Below are positions 38,564 through 47,553 of a DNA stretch of 64,000 bases, piece by piece. The stretch is from Armatimonadetes bacterium UBA5352. Lineage in GTDB: Bacteria > Armatimonadota > Zipacnadia > Zipacnadales > UBA5352. Each line of letters opens with the position of its first letter. Position 1 is the first letter of the stretch. The stretch spans positions 56,101 through 120,100 of the forward strand of contig DHPY01000104.1 in assembly GCA_002411015.1 (NCBI GenBank). The letters run 5' to 3'. The translations under genes were made by a program, and so were the position numbers. The notes beneath the pieces are model-generated. The model was given only the letters and a program-made list of their open reading frames with translations, was not told the origin of the DNA and made no database searches.

Positions 38564-38989
38564 ATGAGTCACACGATCCGGCAGGTGACGGCGGCGGTTG
38601 TCCAGGTCAGTGACGAGGTCGGAGTGCTGCACCGGGTGCTCTGCGTACTGCGGGACGCCGGTGTGAACATGCTGGCGATCGCGAGCCAGCGGCGCCAGGG
38701 CATGGCGCTGATGGCCATTCCCGAGGACATGATGGCGGTCCGTGACCTCGCGGGACAGCGCGGCGTGCACATGCAGACTCGGCAGGTCTTCCTGATCGAG
38801 GGAGACGACCGCGTCGGGGCGCTCTGCGAGATCACGAAAGCGATCGCGGACGCCGGGATCAGCATCGAGGACGTTGCCGCGCTCTCGGCCTCGCGGCGCT
38901 ACGCGGCAGTCCTGACCTTCGCGGACGCCGATCTTGAGGCGGCCGCGAAGGCCCTCGGTCTGGACGAGGCTGAAGAAGGCGAAAGCTAA
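38564..38989 (+). CDS. Tandem ACT-domain protein (small-molecule-binding regulatory protein)
   Basis: Two beta-alpha-beta-beta-alpha-beta-like halves (AAVVQVSDEVGVLHRVLCVLRDAGVNM... and VFLIEGDDRVGALCEITKAIADAGISI). GAGGAGG RBS 9 nt before the ATG at 38564. Confidence 0.5.
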   Translation: MSHTIRQVTAAVVQVSDEVGVLHRVLCVLRDAGVNMLAIASQRRQGMALMAIPEDMMAVRDLAGQRGVHMQTRQVFLIEGDDRVGALCEITKAIADAGISIEDVAALSASRRYAAVLTFADADLEAAAKALGLDEAEEGES

Positions 38990-39006
38990 GCCGAGCGAAG
39001 CTATGA

Positions 39007-39035
39007 GAGGGGCTCCCGAAGCGCGGGAGCCCCTC
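39007..39035. terminator. Bidirectional GC hairpin (11-bp perfect stem gaggggctccc/gggagcccctc, 7-nt loop) between convergent genes
   Basis: Located between the stop at 38989 (+) and the stop at 39043 (-). Confidence 0.45.
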
Positions 39036-39042
39036 GCGCGTC

Positions 39043-40059
39043 TCAGAGGTCGAAGCGCTCGGGCCTCTGCGGTTCGCCGGTGGCGAGAGAGAGGTCGCCG
39101 GCGAGTGAGATCGCGACTGAGTTCGCGACATCGCGGCCGGAGATCGGCGGCGCGGTGTCATCGATGACGGCCTGCGCGAAGTCCCGGATGACGGGGCCGT
39201 AGGGGTGGCCTTTCACAGGCAGCTCAACCTTGATGATGTCGTCGAGGCTGTCGTTGAGCCGGATGCGGTCGAACTCGCGGCCGGAGAGGTAGGTGCCTTC
39301 CGTCCCGTAGAGCATGAAGTTGCGGAACGAGGGGCGCTGGCAGCCGTAGGTGGTGCCGAACTTCCCGCAGGCGCCGCTCTCGAACTTCAGCACCGAGATG
39401 GCGCAGTCCATGAACGGGTACTCCTCGTCGGTGAGGCACTTCTTGCTCCCGTAGGCGTGTATCTCCACTACCTCGCCCATGCACCAGCGCAGCAGGTCTA
39501 TCATGTGACAGCCGCCGCCGATAAAGGGCGTGTGGTTCTGCTCGCGCCTGCCTCGCCAGCCGGTGCGGATCAGGTTCGAGATGTTGTGCACGTAGTCGGC
39601 CTCGCCGAAGAAGAGGTCGCCGAGGTAGCCGCTGTCAGCCAGCCGCTTCGCCTCAACCATCCGCGGGTTGGTGCGCAGCACCTGGTTGATGCCGAGCTTG
39701 CAGCCGGACTTCTCCTCGGCGGCGAGCATCGCGCGGACTTCCTCGATGCTGATCGCCATCGGCTTCTCGCAGAGGACGTGGATGCCGCTCTCCAGCGCCG
39801 CGATGGACTGCCGGGCATGCTCGGCGTCCGGCGTGGCGATGAAGACCATCTCGATGTCGTCCTGCTTGAGCATCTCCTCGTAGTCGGTGTACCAGGGGAT
39901 GCCATACTCCTCCCCCACCGTGCGCGCGGGCTCTTCGAGGATGTCGCAGACCGCGACAAGCTCGGTGTTGGGCTGCTCAGTGACGGGCTTCGCGCGGCCG
40001 AAGGGGCTGCGCGGGCTCAGGCCGACGACGGCACAGCGGGTTCTGAGGGTCTCAGACAT
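39043..40059 (-). CDS. Gfo/Idh/MocA family NAD(P)-dependent oxidoreductase
   Basis: N-terminal Rossmann fold CAVVGLSPRS...LVAVCD...VFIATPDAEHA...EKPMA. C-terminal alpha/beta domain. Confidence 0.85.
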   Translation of the reverse strand: MSETLRTRCAVVGLSPRSPFGRAKPVTEQPNTELVAVCDILEEPARTVGEEYGIPWYTDYEEMLKQDDIEMVFIATPDAEHARQSIAALESGIHVLCEKPMAISIEEVRAMLAAEEKSGCKLGINQVLRTNPRMVEAKRLADSGYLGDLFFGEADYVHNISNLIRTGWRGRREQNHTPFIGGGCHMIDLLRWCMGEVVEIHAYGSKKCLTDEEYPFMDCAISVLKFESGACGKFGTTYGCQRPSFRNFMLYGTEGTYLSGREFDRIRLNDSLDDIIKVELPVKGHPYGPVIRDFAQAVIDDTAPPISGRDVANSVAISLAGDLSLATGEPQRPERFDL

Positions 40060-40080
40060 GATCTCAGTGTCCTCTCGGGT

Positions 40081-41790
40081 TCAGTGGTTCACGATCTCAT
40101 CGAGCGCCAGCAGAAGCTCATCCCGGTGGCGCAACAGCGCGGCAGGGCCCGGGTTCCAGTAGTGGAAGTCCACGAAGACCGCCGGTGTCGGCTCGAGGAG
40201 CGCCTGCAGGCGCTGTTCCTCGAGCGGAGTCAGATCGCCTTCAGCGAGCAGCGCCCGCGCCTTCTCGAAGAGCGCCAGGTCCACGAGCGCATCGCGGGTG
40301 ATCTTCAGCCGCAGCGACGGCAGCACCGGCCCCCCCTCCTCCCGAGGCGGATAGACGCGGAAGTTGTTCCCGTTATGCACGCCGCCGTAGGGGTAGCCTG
40401 AGAGCGCGTCGGAGAGTGTCAGGGTCTCCCAGAAGTCTGCCTGCAGGTCCGTCGCCCGGAAGCCGGCCCATGTGAAGACGCCGCGTGCGCCGGCGAAGTA
40501 GCTCATCCAGAGCGCGAGCCGGTGCTCTATCGCGGCGTTGTCGATCTCCATGTTCGGCGCGCCCGCCAGCGGTGCGCGCATCTGCCAGTGGATCGGGAGG
40601 TGACAGTAGTAGTGCCACAGCTCCGGCGCCTCCATGTCGCGCATCGTCGCCGGGTCATACTGACTCGCGGAGACGTCGGTCATCCAGATGTCGCAGCCAT
40701 CGGGCATGTTCGGGTGATACTCGCTCGCGAGGTACACGCGCAGGCCGGGGTACTTCTGCCGCACCTCCTCGCAGAGCGGGATGTTCTGCTGCGCGAAGGT
40801 CGCGGCATCGGGCTCATCGGGCCCCCGGTAGAGGAGGCACTGGTCGAGCCAGCCTGCGGCCCGGATGTGCTCATACGCGGCGGGCATGTCGGCGTCGGGA
40901 ATGCCGCGCAGATCGAAGAAGCGCTGGCCCTGCGCTGCGAGCAGGTCGTGCATCGTGTCGAAGGCCGAAGGATCCTCCGTGCTCCATAGCCCCGCCAGCG
41001 CGTCCGCGGGCTGCATGTGATGCTCCAGCGCCATCTCGCACATGGCGCCGAACTGCTCGTCACTGAGGGTGCCTCCGCCCCACCTCCGCCCGAACCAGCT
41101 CAGAAATGGGTAGCTCTTCGGCTCAAGCGCGAGGTTCGGCACCACGCGAATGATCGGCGTTACCGTCGCGGTCTGCTCGCTATCGCTGAGCGTCAGGCGG
41201 CATGCGATCTCACCGCCAGGGTGGTCCGCGGGGATGGCCACGTCTACCCAGTAGGCTGCGAGATCGGTGCCTGAGGCGCTCGCGCGGTTCTCCGGCACAA
41301 GCGGGTCGGGCCAGCGGTCAGAGTGCATGCGCGGGTACGAAGCGTTCTGCGCGGTGGTGACGAACACCTGGCGGTAGATGGTGGCCTCCGCCTCGCCGGC
41401 GTCACGCAACTCCAGTGTGAGCGTGTACTCACGCTCCGGAGCGCCCACGCTCGGTAGCGCGACCACCTGGAAGCCCTGCCTCTCACCCGCGGGCGCGAGG
41501 AACGGGCCCACGGTTGCAGGGCCACCGCCCGGCAACCAGCTCGGGCCGCGATACCAGTACTTGTTGGGCAGGATCTTGACCAGCTCGTGGTTCATGCCGA
41601 GCGCGAACTGAGCGTCGGGATCGGGCGCAAAGCGCTCCTGGTAGCGGGCCAGTGCGTCGCTGAAGGGCAGCCCCCACGGGTCCACGCTGTCGGCGATGCT
41701 CTTCTCCGCCTCCGGCAGGTAATCCGGCGGCGGCGCCGCACAGGCGACGGATGGCATGATCATCAACATAGCGACCGCCAGGGCTTTCAT
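40081..41790 (-). CDS. Secreted hypothetical protein (about 570 aa), possibly a glycoside-hydrolase-like DUF
   Basis: Signal peptide MKALAVAMLMIMPSVACA. No confident family assignment. Confidence 0.5.
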   Translation of the reverse strand: MKALAVAMLMIMPSVACAAPPPDYLPEAEKSIADSVDPWGLPFSDALARYQERFAPDPDAQFALGMNHELVKILPNKYWYRGPSWLPGGGPATVGPFLAPAGERQGFQVVALPSVGAPEREYTLTLELRDAGEAEATIYRQVFVTTAQNASYPRMHSDRWPDPLVPENRASASGTDLAAYWVDVAIPADHPGGEIACRLTLSDSEQTATVTPIIRVVPNLALEPKSYPFLSWFGRRWGGGTLSDEQFGAMCEMALEHHMQPADALAGLWSTEDPSAFDTMHDLLAAQGQRFFDLRGIPDADMPAAYEHIRAAGWLDQCLLYRGPDEPDAATFAQQNIPLCEEVRQKYPGLRVYLASEYHPNMPDGCDIWMTDVSASQYDPATMRDMEAPELWHYYCHLPIHWQMRAPLAGAPNMEIDNAAIEHRLALWMSYFAGARGVFTWAGFRATDLQADFWETLTLSDALSGYPYGGVHNGNNFRVYPPREEGGPVLPSLRLKITRDALVDLALFEKARALLAEGDLTPLEEQRLQALLEPTPAVFVDFHYWNPGPAALLRHRDELLLALDEIVNH

Positions 41791-41804
41791 ATGTGCCGCA
41801 TACC

Positions 41805-41960
41805 TCACTCATACTCCCCGACTTCTAGCGCGACGTCCAGCATCGCCAGCCAGTTCTCTCGCGCGTGATCGGTCATCGTCGGCCGGCCGCCGAGCGTGGC
41901 GGTCGGCGAGAGGATGAAGCCTCCGCCATCCATCCCGACGCGCACGGTCTCGGCGACCAT
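41805..41960 (-). pseudogene. 51-codon ORF in frame with and immediately after the GNAT gene's TGA stop; it resembles the C-terminal end of URO-D/MtaA-like enzymes (possible gene remnant)
   Basis: MVAETVRVGMDGGGFILSPTATLGGRPTMTDHARENWLAMLDVALEV. GGGFILSP...P.ENW.AMLD matches the conserved C-terminal segment of the URO-D family but not the two paralogs in this window. Confidence 0.3.
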
Positions 41961-41972
41961 CGGCCATGGCGC

Positions 41973-42956
41973 TCATCCTCGCGCGAAGATGACGAGATCG
42001 AGGGGATCGCCGGCATCGCTGGTGACTGCGCGGCTAATCGTGGCCTCCTCGGCGAAGCCTGCGGATTGCAGGGCCTCCGCCCGACCGTGCGATGCTGAGT
42101 CAGAGAACGCGAGCACACGCTGGTTGCCGGGGAGAGCCACCGCCTGCACGAGTGCGGGCGCCTGCTCGATGAAGCTCGGGTGCACGAAGGTATCCAGCAC
42201 GAGCGGCGCTCCCGGGAACGCCCGCCAGGGCGCGAGCAGCGCGTAGCCGACCACGGCGCCGTCCTCAGCTGAGAGCAGCCGAAAGTCGCTGATGCGGCCC
42301 TCGACGAGGCCGCGCCGCACGTTCAGGTACTGGCCCTCGAAGCCGCCGAAGCCGTGCTGGTTGAGGTAGACGCTCCGGATGTGCCAGCCCTCCTGCACCT
42401 CGGCCAGCGCCTCCAGCGTAGCCCAGTCGCCCCAGTGGGTCTCGCGCACCATCACCGGCCGGGGCGCGAACTGCTTTGCCGCGAAGTCCTCCTCCAGCAC
42501 CCACGCCATCGTGCCGGTGTTGCGGTAGCCGACGAAGCCCCATTCCTCGTAGATGTGGTATGGCGGGCTGTCGTAGCCGGTGTGCAGGAAGAGCGCGCGC
42601 CCGTTGCGGGCGCGGAAGTCGTCGGTGACCGCCTCCATGAGCCGGGAGCAGATGCCCTTGCGGCGCTGCTCAGGCGGGGTGAAGACATGCCCGAGGATGC
42701 CGATCGGCGCGTCCATCGACTCGATGGTCATGATATTGCCGACGATGACGCCGTCCACGAGGCCCTCGTAGTAGTACTGCAGCGCGCCGGGCATGCCCTC
42801 GCGGAAGGCGATCTCCATCTGCCACTGCCACGGCTCGCCCTTGTGCCCGAGGAACGGGAGGATGCGATCACGCCACTCAGGCTCAGGAGGCACTACGCGC
42901 ACGATCTCCATCTGCTCGCCGGACTTCAGTTGCACACTGCCGAGTGTGTCAACCAT
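41973..42956 (-). CDS. GNAT family N-acetyltransferase (tandem GNAT-like halves)
   Basis: PPEQRRKGICSRLMEAV is the Q/RxxGxG/A acetyl-CoA motif. The second half is IEQAPALVQAV. The ATG at 42956 has a GTGAGGCG RBS. Confidence 0.75.
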   Translation of the reverse strand: MVDTLGSVQLKSGEQMEIVRVVPPEPEWRDRILPFLGHKGEPWQWQMEIAFREGMPGALQYYYEGLVDGVIVGNIMTIESMDAPIGILGHVFTPPEQRRKGICSRLMEAVTDDFRARNGRALFLHTGYDSPPYHIYEEWGFVGYRNTGTMAWVLEEDFAAKQFAPRPVMVRETHWGDWATLEALAEVQEGWHIRSVYLNQHGFGGFEGQYLNVRRGLVEGRISDFRLLSAEDGAVVGYALLAPWRAFPGAPLVLDTFVHPSFIEQAPALVQAVALPGNQRVLAFSDSASHGRAEALQSAGFAEEATISRAVTSDAGDPLDLVIFARG

Positions 42957-43124
42957 GGACCATCGCCTCACTTGACGGCCACTTCAGACGTTGCGGTCGG
43001 CGCATCTTCGCCGCGCGGGAAGAGCTTCCCTCCGCAGCGCATGAAGGCGAGGCTTTCGGAGGGCCTCGCGCGGGTGCGGCGAATACTCCTCCCTGCCACC
43101 CAAGCAGCGGCGGAGGTGATCCGG

Positions 43125-45443
43125 ATGCACCTGTCTGATAAGCAGCTTGCGCGGCTCCTCGAGCAGCATGACATGTTCTGGAACGCTGCTCCCGAGGAGT
43201 GGCTGAACGGCATCCCGCTGGCCAACGGCGAAGTCGGCGCGATGGTCTGGGGCGATGGGGAGCCGCTGAAGATCACGCTGGACCGCTACGACTGCTGGGA
43301 GCTGCGCGAGCAACAGCCCGATCCGGAGATCTACACCTACCAGAACCTCCGCCGGCTCGTGGAAGCGGGTGCCGAGCAGACTGCGAAGTCTGACATGGTG
43401 GATCGCTGGCGCGTGCCGGAGAAGCCACACCCGACGCGCCTGCCGATGCCGCGCGTTGAAATGACGGTGCCGGGCGCTGAGGCATTCCGGGGGCGGCTTG
43501 AACTGATGAAGGCCTGCGCGCGCGGCTCCATCGAGTGTAAGAAGGGCCGGCTTGGCTGGCGCGCGTTCATGCCCGATGGCGAGCCGCTGCTGCTGATGGA
43601 GCTTGAGACCACAGACGGCCTCCCGCTGCCGAAGGTCAGGGTCTCGCTCGACCACCTCACCGACGAGGCGAAGGAGACGCTCGAGGCGTGGGGCTATCAG
43701 CAGCCTGAGACTGGCACCGCCGATCACGGCTCGCACTGGCTGCGGCTGAGGTTCCCCGCGGGCGGCGAGTATGCGGTGGCATGGCGGCTGCAGAAGACCG
43801 AGAGCGGTGGACTGCTGGCGGTGGCGATTGTAAGCCATCACCACTCGAAGCGGCCGCTGCAGGAGGCACTGAGGCTGGTGCACGAGCCGGACGTGGCGGC
43901 GCTGCGCGTGAAGCATGAGCAGTGGTGGCGTGAGTGGTGGCGCGCGTCGTGGCTGACGATCCCGGACGCATTCCTCGAGAACCTGTGGTACGTCGAGATG
44001 TACAAGCTGGGCTGCTCCAGCAGGCCGGGCGGGCTGCCAATCACGCTGCAGGGGCTCTGGACGGCCGATGGCGTGATGCCGCCGTGGTCGGGCGACTACC
44101 ACCTCGACATGAACGTGCAGGAGAGCTACTGGCCCGTCTACGAGAGCAACCACCTCGACGCGGGCCTGCCGCTGTACGAGATCTTCACGAAGTGCCTCCC
44201 GCGCTGGCGGAAGGATTGCGAGGAGTTCTTCGGGTTCGAGGGCATATGGTCGGGCTGCGCGATCGGGCCAACCGGCGCGCGCATCCATGGCTACCACGGC
44301 GTCGAGTACTGGCCGGGCAACGCGGCATGGCTTGCACATCACTACTGGCTCCACTGGCTCTACTCGGGCGACCGGGAGTTCCTGCGCGAGCAGGCGCTGC
44401 CGATCATGCGCGGCGCGATGGAGACCTATATGAACCTGCTGGAGCCCGACGAAGCAGGCACGCTGCATCTGCCCCTCGGCTACGCGCCCGAGTGGGGTGA
44501 GGGTAGCGTGAAGCGCTACGGCCCCGATCCGTCGAGCGACATCGCGCTGATCCGCTGGCTCGGCGAGAGCCTGCTGGAGGCGACCGCGCTGCTCGACCTC
44601 GACGACCCGGGGCGCCTGCGCTGGAACAAGACGCTGCATAAGCTCCCGGACTACCCGCATGATGGCAGCGGCATCATGGTCACCGCCTGCGATGCGCTCT
44701 ACGAGTCGCACCGGCACCACTCGCACCTGATGGCGATCCACCCGCTTGGGACGCTGAACCGGGAGGACCCCGAGCAGAACGCGCTCATCCAGCGCTCGGT
44801 CACCCACTGGAACATGATGGGTACCGGAAGGTGGACCGGCTGGTCGTTCCCGTGGGCGTCGCTCATCGCGTCGCGGGCCGGACACGGGAACATGGCCGAC
44901 GACATGCTCCAGCGCTACCGCGCGTTCCTGATGCCCAACAGCCTGCACGTGAACGGGGACTACCGCTACTTCGGGCACTCATTCTTCCACTATCAGCCGA
45001 TGACGCTGGAGGGCGGCTTCGCGGCCGCCTCGGCGATCATGGAGATGCTTATGCAGAGCTGGGGGGGCACGATCCGGCTCTTCCCGACCGTTCCGGACGC
45101 CTGGAGCGACGCGTTCTTCGAGGACCTGCGGGCCGAGGGCGGCTTCCTCGTGAGCGCACAGATGCTCGGCGGCGGCGTCACCTACGCGCGGATCGTCAGC
45201 ACGGTGGGCGGCGCCTGCACGCTGCGCAACCCGTGGCCGGGGCAGCAGGTGGACATCTGCGGCCCGGATGGCGAACTGACGCTCTCCGGCGATGACCTGC
45301 AGTGGGAGACGGAGGCGAGCACGGAATACCTCGTCTTCCCGGTCGGGGCGCACCTCGATGAGGGTGAGCTCTGCCCCGCTCCGCCGACGCGGCCGGACTG
45401 GCAATCGAACTGGTTCGGCCTGCAGGCGCCGCCGCGGTTCTGA
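43125..45443 (+). CDS. Glycoside hydrolase family 95-like protein (alpha-L-fucosidase / alpha-L-galactosidase type), cytoplasmic
   Basis: GGAGGTGA RBS. The N-terminus DMFWNAAPEEWLNGIPLANGEVGAMVWGDGEPLKITLDRYDCWE matches the GH95 N-terminal domain signature (W..PA..W.EALPIGNG.LGAMV.G). About 772 aa, as expected. A 664-aa antisense ORF inside it is rejected. Confidence 0.75.
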   Translation: MHLSDKQLARLLEQHDMFWNAAPEEWLNGIPLANGEVGAMVWGDGEPLKITLDRYDCWELREQQPDPEIYTYQNLRRLVEAGAEQTAKSDMVDRWRVPEKPHPTRLPMPRVEMTVPGAEAFRGRLELMKACARGSIECKKGRLGWRAFMPDGEPLLLMELETTDGLPLPKVRVSLDHLTDEAKETLEAWGYQQPETGTADHGSHWLRLRFPAGGEYAVAWRLQKTESGGLLAVAIVSHHHSKRPLQEALRLVHEPDVAALRVKHEQWWREWWRASWLTIPDAFLENLWYVEMYKLGCSSRPGGLPITLQGLWTADGVMPPWSGDYHLDMNVQESYWPVYESNHLDAGLPLYEIFTKCLPRWRKDCEEFFGFEGIWSGCAIGPTGARIHGYHGVEYWPGNAAWLAHHYWLHWLYSGDREFLREQALPIMRGAMETYMNLLEPDEAGTLHLPLGYAPEWGEGSVKRYGPDPSSDIALIRWLGESLLEATALLDLDDPGRLRWNKTLHKLPDYPHDGSGIMVTACDALYESHRHHSHLMAIHPLGTLNREDPEQNALIQRSVTHWNMMGTGRWTGWSFPWASLIASRAGHGNMADDMLQRYRAFLMPNSLHVNGDYRYFGHSFFHYQPMTLEGGFAAASAIMEMLMQSWGGTIRLFPTVPDAWSDAFFEDLRAEGGFLVSAQMLGGGVTYARIVSTVGGACTLRNPWPGQQVDICGPDGELTLSGDDLQWETEASTEYLVFPVGAHLDEGELCPAPPTRPDWQSNWFGLQAPPRF

Positions 45444-45533
45444 GCCTCGCGCAGGAGCAGGCGGTCGTTGGCGGGAATACGCGTACTACTGAAGCGCTGC
45501 CTGGGCGCTTATGTCTGGCCAGAGAGTGAGCCG

Positions 45534-46820
45534 ATGGATCTCAATCAGGTGCTGAGTGAACTGCAGATCGAGGGCGCGCGTGAGGCGCTGCAGGATGGCT
45601 GGGAGGAGTCGCAGGCTCATGCGCAGGAGGGCGTTCCGGAGTTCCTGGCGCAGGAAGCGGTTCGCGCCGGGATCGCCGCCGCGCATATCCCCGAGCAATG
45701 GCATGGTGCGCTGCTGAGAGCGGCTGAGCGTGTGCGCGAGAGTGAGGCCGCGAGCGCGCTGGCGTGGCACGCGCGCTACTGGCTGCACGAGGCGCAGTTC
45801 AGCGCGCCGCGTGTGCGGCTGTGGCCGAATCTGGGCGAGTCCGCGCTCGGGCACGAGGGCGCCCTGCTGTGGCTGATCGCGCTCATCTCCGGCTACGAGC
45901 GGATGCAGGAGATCCATCGTCAGCACGATGTGCCGGAGGAAGTCGTGCGGGACACGCTCCTGCAGATCGATCTCTATCTGCGCGACACCACGCGCGAGCA
46001 GGGCTACCCCGAGGTGCCGCCGCGGCTGATCGCGTGGCTGATGAACCACTACACGGGTGTCATCTACCGCCTGGCGCGGCTTCAGTTCCAGTTCGGCACG
46101 AGCCACTACCGTATCCGCGTCTACCGGCATCGGAAGACCGGGCGGGTCAGCGCCATCTCCGAGGCCGGGGTGCGTTTCCGGGATGATGGGCAGATCCTGC
46201 GGACGAGTGACGACGCCACCGATTCGTGGGAGGCACAACTGACGGTAACCGAGGAGATCCTGCGCGGCACGCCCATCTCGCCTGAGGGCCATGCCCTCCG
46301 TGACCAGGTTGAGCTTCAGCTCACTGAGTGGGAGCAGGAGCTTGTGCCGGGCGACCCGGTGCTGCACATACACATCCCGGGCGGCGAGCCGATGGACTTC
46401 GACGCGTGCGGCGAGGCGTTCAGGCGGGCGCTCGCGTTCTTCCCGCGGCACTTCCCGAACTACCGCTCCAATGCGTTCATGTGCGGCTCGTGGGTGCTCA
46501 ACACCGCCCTCCAGGAGATCGCGCCGGCGACTTCGAACATGGTGCGCTTCCAGCGCGAGGTCTACCTCTTCCCTATCGGCCTCGGCGAGGACTCGCTGCC
46601 ATCGGGCCTGTTCGGAGGGCTGCTGCGCGACATGCCGGAGGACCTCTCGCAGGCCCCGCGCGGGACCTCGCTGCAGCGGGCATACCTCGACGCGATGGAA
46701 AGCGGAGGCCTCGTCACGGGAGGCGGCGGCTGTTTCCTGCTGCCGGAGGACGTGAACCGGGGAGCGCAGGCGTACCTTGACCGGCGGCGGCAGCCCGTAC
46801 CAGGGAGTTCCGCGGACTAG
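45534..46820 (+). CDS. Hypothetical protein (428 aa), possible acyltransferase-like C-terminal half
   Basis: Helical N-half, then HIHIPGGEPMDFDACGEAFRRALAFF...CGSWVLN. Co-directional with GH95 and 90 nt downstream of it. Confidence 0.5.
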   Translation: MDLNQVLSELQIEGAREALQDGWEESQAHAQEGVPEFLAQEAVRAGIAAAHIPEQWHGALLRAAERVRESEAASALAWHARYWLHEAQFSAPRVRLWPNLGESALGHEGALLWLIALISGYERMQEIHRQHDVPEEVVRDTLLQIDLYLRDTTREQGYPEVPPRLIAWLMNHYTGVIYRLARLQFQFGTSHYRIRVYRHRKTGRVSAISEAGVRFRDDGQILRTSDDATDSWEAQLTVTEEILRGTPISPEGHALRDQVELQLTEWEQELVPGDPVLHIHIPGGEPMDFDACGEAFRRALAFFPRHFPNYRSNAFMCGSWVLNTALQEIAPATSNMVRFQREVYLFPIGLGEDSLPSGLFGGLLRDMPEDLSQAPRGTSLQRAYLDAMESGGLVTGGGGCFLLPEDVNRGAQAYLDRRRQPVPGSSAD

Positions 46821-46851
46821 CTAACCCTACGAATCACCAGGAGTGGAGCCC

Positions 46852-47544
46852 ATGTCGCGTCAGATCACCCTCGGCGTCTTCGCGTCCGGGGGAGGCACGA
46901 ACTTCCAGTCGATCATCGATGCCTGCGAGTCCGGGCGGATCAACGCCCGCGTGGGCGTGCTCATCAGCAACCGCGCGGACGCGGGTGCGCTCGAGCGCGC
47001 GCAGAAGCACGGCATCGCCGCCGAGGTCGTCCCGGTCGGCAAGGACCTCTCAGAGAGGTTCGAGGCCGCCGATCAGCGCCATGTGGAGGTCCTGCGCGCC
47101 GCCGGAGTGGACCTCGTCTGCCTCGCGGGCTACATGCGCCGGATCGGCAGCGGTGTGCTGCGTGGCTGGCCGCATGCGGTCCTGAACATCCACCCGGCGA
47201 TCCTGCCCTCCTTCAAGGGCGCACACGGGCAGCGCGACGCGGTGGAGTACGGCGTGCGGGTCTCAGGAGCCACAGTGCACTTCGCCGACGAGGAGTTCGA
47301 CCGCGGGCCGATCATCATCCAGGCCGCGGTGCCGGTCATCCCGGGTGACACCGAGGAGACGCTCGGTGCGCGGATCCTCCAGCAGGAGCACCGGATCTAC
47401 CCACAGGCGATCCAGTGGTTCGCGGAGGGGCGGCTAAGGGTCGAGGGGCGGAGCGTGCTGCTGGACCCGCCATCGAGCGGCAGCTACGACAGGCATGGCG
47501 CGGGCATCATCATCAGCCCGCCGCTGGAGATCGAGCGGGCGTAG
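46852..47544 (+). CDS. purN: Phosphoribosylglycinamide formyltransferase
   Basis: ITLGVFASGGGTNFQSIIDA...NIHPAILPSFKG...ATVHFADEEFDRGPII matches the PurN/formyl-transferase motifs. An AGGAG RBS 8 nt before the ATG. Confidence 0.9.
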   Translation: MSRQITLGVFASGGGTNFQSIIDACESGRINARVGVLISNRADAGALERAQKHGIAAEVVPVGKDLSERFEAADQRHVEVLRAAGVDLVCLAGYMRRIGSGVLRGWPHAVLNIHPAILPSFKGAHGQRDAVEYGVRVSGATVHFADEEFDRGPIIIQAAVPVIPGDTEETLGARILQQEHRIYPQAIQWFAEGRLRVEGRSVLLDPPSSGSYDRHGAGIIISPPLEIERA

Positions 47545-47553
47545 TGCGGAGAC

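Noticed and set aside
42984-44978. 664-aa ORF antisense to the GH95 gene
   Set aside because: Opposite strand of a gene with clear family motifs. No RBS and low-complexity Arg/Ala/Pro-rich translation typical of high-GC antisense frames.
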